From positions 1-64,000 of the forward strand of contig CAVPRW010000012.1 of the NCBI GenBank assembly GCA_963707985.1: a DNA stretch of 64,000 bases, read 5' to 3'. Source of the stretch: an uncultured Nitrospinota bacterium. GTDB taxonomy: Bacteria > Tectomicrobia > Entotheonellia > J063 > CAVPRW01. The position numbers were made by a program, and so were the translations under genes. Under the pieces are notes generated by a model. That model made no database searches, was not told the DNA's origin, and saw only the letters and a program-made list of their open reading frames with translations. Shown in pieces: positions 44,609 to 55,712 of the stretch. The first letter of the stretch is position 1. Every line of letters starts with the position of its first letter.

Positions 44609-46835
44609 TCAGCTGAGAAACTGCCGTAACTGTGATTCAGCCGCCGGAGTCGCTGCCGCGCGTTGCCCCCCATTCGTGCTCTCCCTCGCTATGCCGGGGG
44701 GGCGGTTGTTGAAGATCGACCCAAAAATCGCTTCGAATTCGTTCATCATGAGGTCATTCGCGTGTGGGACATCATCAGCCAATCGCAGAACGTCTTCACG
44801 CGTCTTCACCAGCCGTTGAAATGATTCTGCACGTGTCGGCTTATCCCTACATTCAACTCCGGACGGATAATAATCCTCGACACATCCTTTTGCTAAGATG
44901 AACACGACGAGATCCCGTAGATCTCGTAGAAAAGTCAGCTTTGTTATTTGAACCGACTCGTGGGTTTTCAAGGTGTGGATGCGAGGTTGGTGGAGTTCCT
45001 CTTCCAGCATTAATTCCAGCAGCGCTATCTCTTCCATCCCGGGTTTGACGCCATCCTTCATCCCTTTGGCGACGGAAACAAACATCTCCCACTTCTCCCG
45101 CCAGGTCTTCTTTGTGAAGAGATCCCTCACGGTATCACCGCTGAGTGTCGCTGGAGATATCAACTTGTCTACCTTTGTCTACCTCGGCCAGTAAATCACT
45201 GCGGACGCGGCAGATTGGATGACTGTCATGGATGCACGCCTTGTTAAAATCTTTGACGATAAAATCGAGATCGGTCAGGATGTGCGTGGGTATCTGGAAC
45301 CGCGAAAAGAACTCACGGTACCGGCGGAAGTTTCCTTTGCCGTTGACCCGCACCATCATGACGCGTCCTTTGTCGAAGTCCCAACGAACATCCAAAAGCC
45401 TGGCAACATGCTTATAGACAACGAGATCGCTATCCCCCTCGACCAAGACCACCTCGCTGGCGAAAAATGCCGCCTTGTTGTTCTCGTAACTGATGATTTG
45501 TAATGCATCCTTAGCCGAGAGATCTCCGAGTAAATCGACTGGATAGATCTCGGAATAGGGCCTCGGATGTTCTCGGTCCGCATCCCGCTTGATAATCTTG
45601 GCGAATGTCGTGGTTCGATCGGCCGAGAAAAAAAACGGGGAGTGCGTCGTCACGATGACTTGATGATCCTCGGCAACCGTCGCAAGGGCATCAAACAGGA
45701 TGCGTTGCGCTGTGGGGTGCAGATACAATTCAGGTTCTTCGAACAGGAACAGATAGCGCGCATGGCCTGCAGGACCGTCGAGACTCTTCTTCTGCCATCC
45801 TGGCTGGCGCGCGAGCTCCACATAAGCACGGAAAATCGAGAACACCACCGACCGCTTGAGACCATCTCCTTTCGTTTCAATCGGCCCCTTGATGCCCCCA
45901 TCATGGATATCAAGGCGCCCATTTTGGAGAATGGACTTAATGTCCGGGGGAGGGATGCGAATATGGATCTGGGCCTGGGGAAAATTCTCCTTCAGGTTGC
46001 GTTCGATAACGCGTTCAATCTGTTTCAGTTCCTCCAGCCTCTCGTCTCGCGATGAGCCTTCCTCTTCATAGAGATTCAACTTCCGTTCCAGTGCCTGAAA
46101 GAGCGCTTTTTCTTCCGTAAGCTGTACCTCAACCGCATTCAGCAGCAGACCAAGGGTTTTGCCGAACATCGCAGAATCAGTGGTCTTGAAATCATCACTA
46201 AGATTTTTCACTGCCGGGATATACACCGGCTCAGGGAGCAAGCGAGCAACGCTCTCCGGAATGCCGGTTGATAAATCGGCTTCTTCTTCCACAAAATCTT
46301 CGGGATTTAGCTTCCCGCGAAGCTCAGCCACGAGGTTTTTCCCTTGGGTCTGAGTCGTACCGCCACTTACTGCACTTCGAAGTTCTGGGTACTCATCCTG
46401 CACAAACGTGATGAGAGCTGCCCCGTTTTTGCCTCGCAGGTTTTCTGCAAGAACTCCTTCACGAAGCCGACGCTCGCGAGGGAGGTGGCGCACACAACGG
46501 AGTTGCGCTCGTTCACCGGGCATATAGACGCGTACGAGCTTCAGCGTTTTGCCAACAAGCAGCTCGCAAATTCTTTGGCGATGTTCCTCCGCTCATAGTA
46601 CGGCGAGATCCTCGTCAGTAACACCTGCCAGATCAACAGCGACCCGCATTTCCCGCGTAGGATCGTAAAAGTCCGTCTCCGGCACAGTCCGACCATCGCA
46701 AAAACGCATAAACGCCTGTAAAAGTGATGATTTCCCGGCATTGTTCTCCCCGATGACACACACAAATGTGGAGATATCTAGTGAGACCTCACAGAGCGCC
46801 CTGAAATTGGTCACAGCAATGCGGCTCACTCTCAT
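44609..46835 (-). pseudogene. OLD-family ATP-dependent endonuclease (ABC ATPase plus TOPRIM)
   Basis: NFRAL, GENNAGKS, FEEPELYLHP, TTHSP, LVEGDSD, TDLD; in-frame TGA at 46593-46595 and a 10-bp duplication at 45165-45184. Confidence 0.9.
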
Positions 46836-47111
46836 GGGCATTCATTCCTATGTAATTAGGAAATGGGGAAGAAGAATCTCCTATGTATTAGGAGTGTAAT
46901 CTACCTAAACTTATCAGAAGAAATAAGATTCTCAATATAATTGTGCATATTCGCTCCCAACGCTCGTCTTGCTTCCATGCAGGGGTATGTTCGGGATAGG
47001 TGTTTATGCCGTATCAGACATAAACACGTTTATCCCGCGCACCAGATTATGCCGCATACAATGCGCAAAGGAAGCAACGGCGCACGTTTGAGCGCGTGCA
47101 CCGTGCCATAA

Positions 47112-48113
47112 TCAGAGGGAACTCAGGAAGGCCAGCAGGGGATCGGGAGTGGTGAAGCGGGCCATCGGCCCCTCAACGGGAGCGAGTTTGTGCAGCGCCT
47201 GCTCTTTGTGGGCGAGGTCGATTTCCAGATAGACATGGGTTATCTCAATGCTCTCGTGGCCCAGCCATAGGGCAATGACCGCGATATCGACCCCCGCCTG
47301 GAGCAAGTGCAGGGCGGTGGTATGCCGGAGGACATGCGGCGTCACCTTCTTGGTACGGAGGCTCGGGCACCCCGTAACGGCGTTGTGGGTCGCCCGCTGG
47401 AGGAGGTGCGCGACGCTATCCCGGGAGAGCGGGTGTCCCCGTGTATTGGGAAAGGCCGTCTGCCCATCGTCCTCACGGAGTTCCGCGAACCACGCTTGGC
47501 GGGTCCGGCTGGTGTGGGGCCACAGCGGGACCGTGCGGGTCTTCCGCCCCTTGCCGGTGAGCTGCAGCAGTGTGGAAGGGCCAAAGCAGACTTGGTGGCG
47601 TTGTAACGTGGTGACTTCCGACACCCGTGCGCCGCTGTTATACAGGGTCAGCAGCAGGGCGTGATCGCGGCGCCCGACCCAGTAGGACCGATCGGGGGCA
47701 GCGAGGAGCGCCTCGACTGCGGCCCGCGTCAGCGCCCCAATAAGCTTCTTGTCGGCTCGTTTGGTGGGGATGGCCAGCACCCGCGTGACGATCGCCAGGC
47801 TCTCGGGGGTACGACGGGAGAGGAAGCGGACAAAGGTGCGCAGCGCGGCCAAACGCATATTGCGCGAGCGGACCGTGTTCCCGCGTTGGTGCTCAAGGTA
47901 GTCGAGAAATTGCAGCACAAGCGGCGCGTCGAAGTCACGCACTTGGAGGGCCGCGGGCTCCCGGCCCGTCGTGGCCTGCACAAAGGTGAAAAAGAGGCGA
48001 AACGTGTCGCGGTAACTCGCGATCGTCTGGGGACTGGCCTGTTTATGCTGACACAGGTGGTGCGTAAAGAAAGCTTGCACATGGGGCGCAAGGCTCTGGC
48101 TCTGCGATGTCAT
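47112..48113 (-). CDS. Tyrosine recombinase RitC
   Basis: YNSGARVSE, GKGRK, HVLRHT, WLGHE, THVY. Confidence 0.92.
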   Translation of the reverse strand: MTSQSQSLAPHVQAFFTHHLCQHKQASPQTIASYRDTFRLFFTFVQATTGREPAALQVRDFDAPLVLQFLDYLEHQRGNTVRSRNMRLAALRTFVRFLSRRTPESLAIVTRVLAIPTKRADKKLIGALTRAAVEALLAAPDRSYWVGRRDHALLLTLYNSGARVSEVTTLQRHQVCFGPSTLLQLTGKGRKTRTVPLWPHTSRTRQAWFAELREDDGQTAFPNTRGHPLSRDSVAHLLQRATHNAVTGCPSLRTKKVTPHVLRHTTALHLLQAGVDIAVIALWLGHESIEITHVYLEIDLAHKEQALHKLAPVEGPMARFTTPDPLLAFLSSL

Positions 48114-49061
48114 CAGGTTCCTCCTTCCGCATAGCAGCGAAAGCGCTCCGCGGCGGCCTCAAGGAGTTCTGGAGGTGGCGGTCAGATACCAGTAACTTTC
48201 CTGGGGACGGACGTGGCCCAGATAGACGGAGAGGTGGGGCAGCCACGCCTGGACATCCTTCCCCTCTTGATACCAGCCCTGCAGGCGCTGCACGGCGAAG
48301 CTGTGGCGCAAGGCCCGCAGGCTTGGTCGGCGCGTACCGTCGGTGGGCCAGATGCCCACGGTGTGACACACCGCGAGAAACCAGCGTCGCAGGAGCCCAT
48401 GATTGAGCGGTCCGCCCTGCTCAGAGACAAACAACGCGTCGGACAAGGCCGCATCATGGAGGGTGGCACGTCTGGTGGTATAGCGGTGCACATGGGCCGC
48501 GGTCGTGGGATGCAGCGGCACGAGCCGTGACTTGTGGTACTTGGTTTCGCGAATGTGCAGGCAGGGTGGTGTGCCATCCAGTTGGACATCCGGCATGGTG
48601 AGGCGGAGGGCCTCACCGACCCGCAGGCCAGTGCTGGCGAGTACGCCGATGCAGGTGGCCAACGTCGCGGGACGGAGGGTCCCGCATGGCCCGCTCTGCT
48701 GGGCGGCCTCGATCAACACGGCCATCTGCGGCGGCGTCAACAGGTAGGGCGGCGACCGACGGAAGGAGGCGACCAGCCCGCGAGGCGGGACTTCTGTCTC
48801 CGGGAGCATGGCCCGCAGATAGGCGAGAAAGCCACGCGCCATACTCAAACGCTGGGCGGTGCCACTGCGGCCATGCTGGACTGACGAGGCACAGGCCCAG
48901 TCCACAGCAAGCTGGGCGCGGAGGGGACCCCCGTTCCCCTGGGACTCGACAAAGCTGACAACATCCCGCAGGAGGGTGCGCTCGGCCCGCATCTGAAACC
49001 CCAGGGCTTGCCGCACACTCAGATACGCGTCGAGGTGGAGGTGTAAGCTGCTATGGCTCAT
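48113..49061 (-). CDS. Tyrosine recombinase RitB (frameshift near 48175)
   Basis: STGLRVGEA, TKYHKSRLVP, LRHSFA, LSVYLGH, YWY; the tail ELLEAAAERF is in another frame. Confidence 0.88.
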
Positions 49062-50305
49062 ACGCTCTCTCCCACCCAGGGGAGGGCCACCGCTGCCAAG
49101 GCCTCCACGTCAAGCTTCGCATAGATCCCGGTGGTCTGCAGCGAGTGGTGCCCAAGGACATCCGCCACGTCCTTGAAGCTGGCCCCCTGGTTGACCATCT
49201 GGGAGGCGGCCGTATGCCGGAAGGTGTGGGCGCCGAGCCGAGGGTGCGAGGCGATACCCGCCCGTGCCAACGTCCGCGTGGCCATCCGACTGATGGCGGT
49301 GGCATCGCTCAAGGGCCGAAAGGGTGCCCGGCAGTACAGAAAAAGGTGTCGACTGGTGCTGGGCGGCCGTCCATGCTGGAGAAAGGCGGCGACCGCGCTT
49401 CCCACCTCCTGCACGAGGGGTAAGACGCGCTCCTGGTGGGTTTTGCCCGGGCGGATGCGCACCCGGCTCTCATACCAGTGGATATCCTCTAAGCAGAGGG
49501 CGGCGACTTCATGCGCCCGGACGCCGAGGCGGGCCAGAAGCAGCAGGATGGCCTGATTGCGGAGGGACTTGGGACTCTCGCCCGTCCAGGTGGCGAGCAC
49601 TCGCTCCACCTCCTCGACGGTCAAGCGGGCGGGGAGGGGGGCATGCGTCCACTGACGGGGGGTGGGCACGGCGGCTTCCAAGCCCGGTGCCAGTTCCCCC
49701 CGGAAGACGAGAAAGCGCAGGAGCGAGCGGACGGCGATACTGGGCAGCTTGCGCCCGCCACCGTGTTTGGTCGCGGCTTCCTGGCGGACAAACTCCGTCA
49801 GTGCCTGGGCGGACACAGTGGGCCAGTGAACACGGCCGGTGCCAAACAGGGTTGCCAGCAAGCGAGTGGCAATCCGCAGATAGGCGGTGCGGGTGCTGGG
49901 CGCCGCCCCACAGACGTGTTCCAGGTACTGCGCATAGCGCTCGAGCCACTGGGTGGCTTCCGTCCGCGCTGGCGTATCGAGGTGGGGTGGGAGGAGGTCC
50001 TGCTGCCGCCAGTACTGCAGCAAATGGGGGAGACCCGCAGCGGCTTTGGGCCATTGCCCCACCGGAGGCGGTGGTAGGGTACGGATATAACGCGAGACGA
50101 GCGCCTCATCCACCTCAGCAATGGCAGACCCCTGCTGGGACAGCCACTGCCCAAACTGCTCGCCGGCGCGCAACGCGCGCCGGATACTGTCTGGCGCATA
50201 CCCATGCTGATGCAGCGTGGTCGCTAGGGCATCAAGGTGGGAGCCCAGCGGCCCGCGCCGCAGCCGCGTAATCACAGACGTTCGGGCAAAGCATTGCGCG
50301 ATCAT
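49058..50305 (-). CDS. Tyrosine recombinase RitA
   Basis: RLGVRAHEV, HTFRHT, VLGH, TGIY; RBS AGGAG before ATG 50305. Confidence 0.92.
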   Translation of the reverse strand: MIAQCFARTSVITRLRRGPLGSHLDALATTLHQHGYAPDSIRRALRAGEQFGQWLSQQGSAIAEVDEALVSRYIRTLPPPPVGQWPKAAAGLPHLLQYWRQQDLLPPHLDTPARTEATQWLERYAQYLEHVCGAAPSTRTAYLRIATRLLATLFGTGRVHWPTVSAQALTEFVRQEAATKHGGGRKLPSIAVRSLLRFLVFRGELAPGLEAAVPTPRQWTHAPLPARLTVEEVERVLATWTGESPKSLRNQAILLLLARLGVRAHEVAALCLEDIHWYESRVRIRPGKTHQERVLPLVQEVGSAVAAFLQHGRPPSTSRHLFLYCRAPFRPLSDATAISRMATRTLARAGIASHPRLGAHTFRHTAASQMVNQGASFKDVADVLGHHSLQTTGIYAKLDVEALAAVALPWVGESV

Positions 50306-50481
50306 CGGCTTCTCCTGCTTCTGTAGGGTTGATTGGGAAGGAGAAGCATCGCACGTCTGGATTATGGCGCGTAGGGCAAACGTGCGACGGTGAGTTTCCA
50401 CGGGTGAAATACGCGCGTGCGGGAAGAACGCGGCATAATCTGGTGCGCGGGATAAACGTGTAAAAACCGGTCACAGCGCGA

Positions 50482-53455
50482 TTACGGCGTTGCGGTGAAG
50501 AGCGGTTTGGGCTGTAACGGTTCCGGTTGAGTGGCCATATCCAGAAAGTACTGCCCAAACCGCTTGATGTGTTCGGTCAGATACGGGACTCAGGCGACTC
50601 ACGATCTCAGGCGTCACGCTGATCCCTTCTGCTGAAGTTCGCGGAGCACATTGGTCATATCCACCACGTTGTGGAGCATCACCGCGTTGGCCACCAAGTC
50701 CCGATACTTGATCCGCTTTTCTTGCTCGACCGGATCGCCGCTGCGTAGCACCGGCCCACCAAACGCAATCCAGTCCGTAAACTGATGGTAGGATTCCACC
50801 TTGGTGGTCTCCGCGCGAATGTGCTGCCGCATGTCCGCATCCGACATATAGTCCAGCAGAAAGAGCGTTCGTTCCACACGGCCCAAGTTCACTAAACGCT
50901 TTGTACAGGGAGCTCTTCCGGCTGTAGACGCCCAGCTTCTGGAGGAGCATCGACGGTAGGACGTGGCCCGCCTGAATCGACAGGACCACCTGCATCATGT
51001 CGTGCCAGTGTCTCTCAATCACGTCCCAGTCAACCACTTGGGTAAACAAGGCATCGATGTGTTTGTAGGCAGGTGTCGTGATCGACCCGGTACAAGGTCA
51101 CATCGTTCCAGGTGCGCATCCGGGGCAGCAGCTTAATGCCCAAGAGGGCGGCCAGACCAAAGACCGGCTCGGCTTGCCCATGCGTATCGGCATACAAGGT
51201 ATCGGGTTGCAGGGCCGAGTGGTTCTTGAGCAAGCCATCAAGAATGTAGACCGCTTCCCACACGCCGCAGGCGATGAAGTGGCTGAACAGGGCGATATAG
51301 GTATCACTGATATGATGGTACGCGATGCCTCCGAAACTGCCATACCGCACATGCTGCTCGCCCAGCAGATTGTTCTCGATGAGTGCAATATGCGTGCCAT
51401 CGGCAATGGCGGCCTGTCCACTGCCCCATAGAAAGGGCAGCTCAAACCGCGTGTATTCCGCAATCACGTCGCGCAGGGCGGCCTCAAGTTTGGGGGCCGT
51501 CATATGCTGATCGTTAATGCGTCGCAAGACCTGGCGGCTAATCGGCCCAGTGGTGTGGCGCGCGGTTTGGGAGGCGCCCAGCTCACTGGCATAGCCAAAC
51601 ACGGTGAAAATGTAGCGCAGAACGGCATCGGAGAGTTTGGGATCGGCGCCAGACGGCGGTCCAAAATGCCGCGTATAGCCCACCCAATGGTGGACATTTT
51701 TGAGGATATCGAGCAGGTGACGCTCCGGCATCCGGTCTTTGAGCAAGGCTTCGATCGTGTGGAGGTCCTCAGGGACCGGTTGGGCGTGGAGACGTTTGAG
51801 ATGTGGCGTGCCCTCGTGGTCAATGGTCAGCTCGGTGTTCTCGGGGTAGGTCGCATCCACACGCTGCGCCGTCTCCCGCAGGCGTTCGCGCAACTCCGCC
51901 ACAAAGTCTGCCGCGGTTGAGGCCAACTGGAGCGCCTGGCAATAGGCTGGTACGCGTGGCGCACACTCGTCCCATGGCAGCAGCTGCTGCCGGTAATCCG
52001 CATAGGCCTCGGAGCCCTCGACATACACATCACCGCACCTCAGGCCATGGTCGAGATAATGGAACACACAGACCTCAAGTTGACGCCGGTTGAGACACCG
52101 TTTCCCTCTGGTGCCGGGTGCGGATCGAGGGCTTGCCAGCGCACGCTCGCGAAGTCGAGCGCAATCTCAGCGGGCAGGTAGTCCCGCCTGGCGTGTTGGA
52201 AACGCTGGATAAAGTGGAGGGCCTCGATCAGCGACTGATGTTGCGTCGCCGAGCGCAACGTGAGCACGTGGGACAGGCGGAACAGCTCGGCCCGATAAGG
52301 GCGATAAAAGCCCCACATCAAGGGCCGATAATTATTGTGGTGGTAGGCAGAGACCTGCTCGTAGCGTTCTCGAAGGACTTCGGCTCCACCATACTGCCCT
52401 TGAAAATATCCCGCACGCCTTGGCCCAAGGTCGGCGTTATCGTCCGGCGTGTGGAGGGTCTGATCGAGGACATCGGCAAAGACCGCCAGCATCTGTTCTT
52501 CAAGCTCGCGATGGTGGTCTTGCAGCTCTTTGAGGTGCTTTTTGGCTGAGGTGGTGGTGCGCCGCATGCGTTTGAGGAGCATCTCGACCAGTTGGTCTCG
52601 CGTCTGGACTTGGGCGTGAGAGAGGAAACAGATGAGCAAGCTATAGCGTCGAGACTGGGGTCTGAATGTCGCGCATGTCGCCGACGTCGAGGGCAGCGGC
52701 TTCCGCCGCAAACTGCTGAATCTTCGTGTGGGCAATCTCGGTGCAGGAAGGGCCGGGTCGGTAAGATGGATTCCAGCCAGGTGAGGCGCTGGGTCCACTG
52801 CCGCAAGTGCTGGAGCGTGGCCTGACGAGGCGTCTCCTTGATCCGATTAAAATCGGTTCGACCGTCACGGATGTGCAAGAGGGCATCAAGGCGTGCCATC
52901 TCAGCAGCGCTCAAGCGACGCGGTGATGCGCGCATACAGGTCCTGATGGACGCCGTGACGGACGTGCGTCACCAACCGGTCCAGGGTGCTAAAGGCCGGC
53001 AGCTCAAAGCGTTGCTGAATCAGATGCTCAACGGCCAGATTGATCAAATCGGCGGGATCACTCATGGTAGTAGGCGGCATGCTGGACCGCTGTTTCGACC
53101 ACGTCTTGACCGCCTTCGCCATAGGGCTTGATGTCCAAGTAGGTGCGGATGAGTTGGCGATAGCGGTAGAGCGTCTTTTCCGCTTCGACGTGCATCGTAC
53201 ATCAGCGGTAAGAGGTGGAGCTGCTGGCAGAGATACGTGCGAATTTGCGTCTGGGACATCGGCCAGTGCAGGGAGATACCCCAGATGTTGCTGACACTTG
53301 AGCAGGGTGAGCAAGGTCAGTTGCTGGGCCTCTCCACGCGCATGCGTCGAGACAAAATCCCGCTCCTCCTCGGTCGGCTCGTAGAGGGTCTGGAGTTCGT
53401 TGGCGGTCAGGGACGGTTTGAAACGCGGATACGCCGTGCGTTCGATGGAAGCCAT
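50482..53455 (-). pseudogene. tnpA: Tn3-family transposase (several frameshifts)
   Basis: MASIERTAYPRF, ADGT, YHHISDTYIAL, ADTHGQ, ELGRVERT, KVESYH, RLSPY motifs spread over ORFs 50471-53569. Confidence 0.9.
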
Positions 53456-53460
53456 CGGTG

Positions 53461-53600
53461 GAAGGCTCCATAAGAGGTGTCCGAAAAAGGGTGCGCGTGG
53501 AGGCGAAGAGTCCCCATTGTGTTTCCAGGGCAAGCGGAATATAGAGAAGTTGTCCGAGAAAGTGAACATTTTCGGACGTACGTCGCCGTGCCTGGCTCAG
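53461..53600. promoter_or_regulatory. Putative res site and divergent tnpA/tnpR promoters
   Basis: tgtccgaaaa at 53478 and the inverted repeat gtccgagaaa...ttttcggac at 53552-53577. Confidence 0.55.
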
Positions 53601-53609
53601 AGGCCTTCC

Positions 53610-54249
53610 ATGCGAACCGCCCTCTACCTCCGAGTCTCCACGGCACAGCAAAAGCCCGACCTGCAGGCCGATGGGGTCCACGGGTATGCCGCCCGCGCCG
53701 GCCTCGAGATCGTCGCCGAATATCTCGATCGGGCGGTGTCCGGACGCCAGGAGGGGCGTCCGCAGCTCCAGGCGCTGATGCGAGCCGCGCGGCAGCACGA
53801 GTTTGCCTGTGTCTTGGTGTGGAAGTTTGATCGGTTTGCCCGGAGCGTCTCACACTTGCTCCGCGCGCTCGAGGAGTTCAATCATCTCAGGATTCGCTTC
53901 ATTAGCGTCCAGGATCAGGTGGATACCGCGAGCCCCATGGGCAAGGCCATGTTCACCATCATTGGCGCGATGGCGGAATTGGAGTCGTCGTTGATCTCCG
54001 AACGGGTCAAGGCCGGGATGGCGGCGGCGCGGGCGCGTGGGAAAAGCGCTCGGACGGCCCGCCGACGCCCACCGCACCTCGTGGCACGGATCGAAGCGCT
54101 GGCAGGACGACGACGGGCTGAGCGTTCGTCAGATTCAGGAGGCGCTTGCAGGCCACGTGAGTCGGTCAGTGGTCGGACTGATTGTGAAGCGTGTACGATA
54201 TCCGTCGTCACGCATGTCACTGGGGCCGGTTGATCCAGAGTGCGGGTGA
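53610..54249 (+). CDS. tnpR: Resolvase (small serine recombinase); HTH tail frameshifted
   Basis: YLRVST, RPQL, VWKFDRFARS, AELESSLISERVKAG. Confidence 0.9.
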
Positions 54250-54336
54250 GGTGACCCGAACAGCAGCCCCATATCGAGGTATCAGAGCATATCTGACTGA
54301 TACTCAATGGATAGCTGGCTTTTGAGGTACGTAACG

Positions 54337-55209
54337 ATGTGGATAGCAGAACAATTTCTTTTCCAGCTTGCCAGAACTTTATACCGAACAGAAGTCGCTC
54401 ATTCTTTAGAAATGAAGAAGGCTCTGAAGAATATCGATGCTTACGATGCATACCGAGCAGCCGAAATCACCCGAATTGCAGAAGCTGTGGAACGCTATCG
54501 TATCCCAATTGCTGAGCGCACGATCATGGACCTCGGCTGCAATGACGGAGCTATCTCAATGGAGTATCTTCGACGCGGGGCAGCGAAAGTCGTTGGCATC
54601 GACATAGATGAGCGTGCTATCCAGCGTGCAGCAGCCTTGCACCATGACGAACGGTTAATCTTTGTCCAAAACGGGGTCGATTCGATTCCATTGGATGATC
54701 GAAGTGTTGACGTCGTGATGAGTTACGATGTCTTCGAACACGTCTCTCAGCCCACCACGATTCTAAAGGAACTCTATCGTATTCTGACCCCCACAGGCAA
54801 AGCGCTGATCGGGACGTGGAGTTGGTTTCATCCCTTCGCGCCTCACCTCTGGTCTGTCATGCCAGTACCCTGGGCTCATGTGTTCTTTTCGGAGCAAACC
54901 TTGCTCAGGGTGTGTCGGCGCGTTTACCATTCTTCATGGTATGCCCCGAACATGCATGACTATGACGAAGATGGCCAGAGGTTTCCTGACAAATACACCC
55001 ACCAAACCATTTCAACAGACTATCTAAATAAGCTTCTCATTAAAGACTTTGAACACGCCTTTCTCTCAACAGGTTTTAGATACAAGACTCATTGTGTACC
55101 CTTTGGGTCTCGGTATGCGCGCTGGACTCGAGTATTCTTGCACATGCCTTGGATGCGGGAGTTCATCGCGGGATACGTTTGGTTCGAGTTGACGAAATCG
55201 ATCGATTAA
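54337..55209 (+). CDS. Class I SAM-dependent methyltransferase (Tn3 cargo)
   Basis: MDLGCNDG, VGIDID, DVFEHV, ELYRILTPTG; lower GC than flanks; start could be 54307. Confidence 0.88.
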   Translation: MWIAEQFLFQLARTLYRTEVAHSLEMKKALKNIDAYDAYRAAEITRIAEAVERYRIPIAERTIMDLGCNDGAISMEYLRRGAAKVVGIDIDERAIQRAAALHHDERLIFVQNGVDSIPLDDRSVDVVMSYDVFEHVSQPTTILKELYRILTPTGKALIGTWSWFHPFAPHLWSVMPVPWAHVFFSEQTLLRVCRRVYHSSWYAPNMHDYDEDGQRFPDKYTHQTISTDYLNKLLIKDFEHAFLSTGFRYKTHCVPFGSRYARWTRVFLHMPWMREFIAGYVWFELTKSID

Positions 55210-55312
55210 CCCGCCAGCTAACAAATCGCTACAGCTACAGCGAAAGCCGCTCTTCCTCACAACACTGTGATGCTGCTGTGGCCGGTTTTTACACGTATCC
55301 CGAACATACCCC

Positions 55313-55388
55313 TAAAATGGGCACGCCGGGTTCGGAGGGGGGAGTGGGGAAACGGACCGACAGGCACCGCGCCTTGCTCCTACCCTAC
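55313..55388 (+). ncRNA. Group II intron 3' end (part of DV plus DVI)
   Basis: gcacgccgggttcggaggggggagtgggg...ccttgctcctaccctac, with the typical ending in AC. Confidence 0.7.
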
Positions 55389-55712
55389 GAGACACAATGA
55401 AGATCGGAACATAGTGAAAACACGAATCTGAGAGAGTCACCCCCAGCCGTCGATACCCTGCGGTGTAAGACGCGCGTCAAAGCTCAAGCTTATTGCAAAT
55501 CAATGTGTTAACACGTGCTCCGTTCGCTTGTTGCGTCCTATCTCACGTTCCCTCCTGCTAGCCCAAGTGGATCGTGAAGGACAGAGGCCTGCCGCCACGA
55601 AATCCGATGGCATGTGGGAAATCGGTCGTGTATGGCAACCGTGCTGCTAATTCATCGAGACTCGAAACGCGTTAAGATCAGCCTATCTACCACCTCAGTG
55701 GAAGGGCTGATC

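Larger units (their letters stand above)
47030..50455 (-). mobile_element. RIT element 2
   Basis: Perfect inverted repeats ttatcccgcgcaccagattatgccgc at 47030-47055 and 50430-50455, enclosing three tyrosine recombinases. Confidence 0.92.
46982..55312. mobile_element. Tn3-family transposon carrying a methyltransferase; left IR split by RIT element 2
   Basis: Right 38-bp IR at 55275-55312; left IR rebuilt from 46982-46997 plus 50456-50477 (37 of 38 match); tnpA and tnpR inside; no 5-bp TSD. Confidence 0.9.

Noticed and set aside
44609..46841. Gabija or retron system
   Set aside because: No UvrD helicase or reverse transcriptase next to the OLD nuclease in this window.
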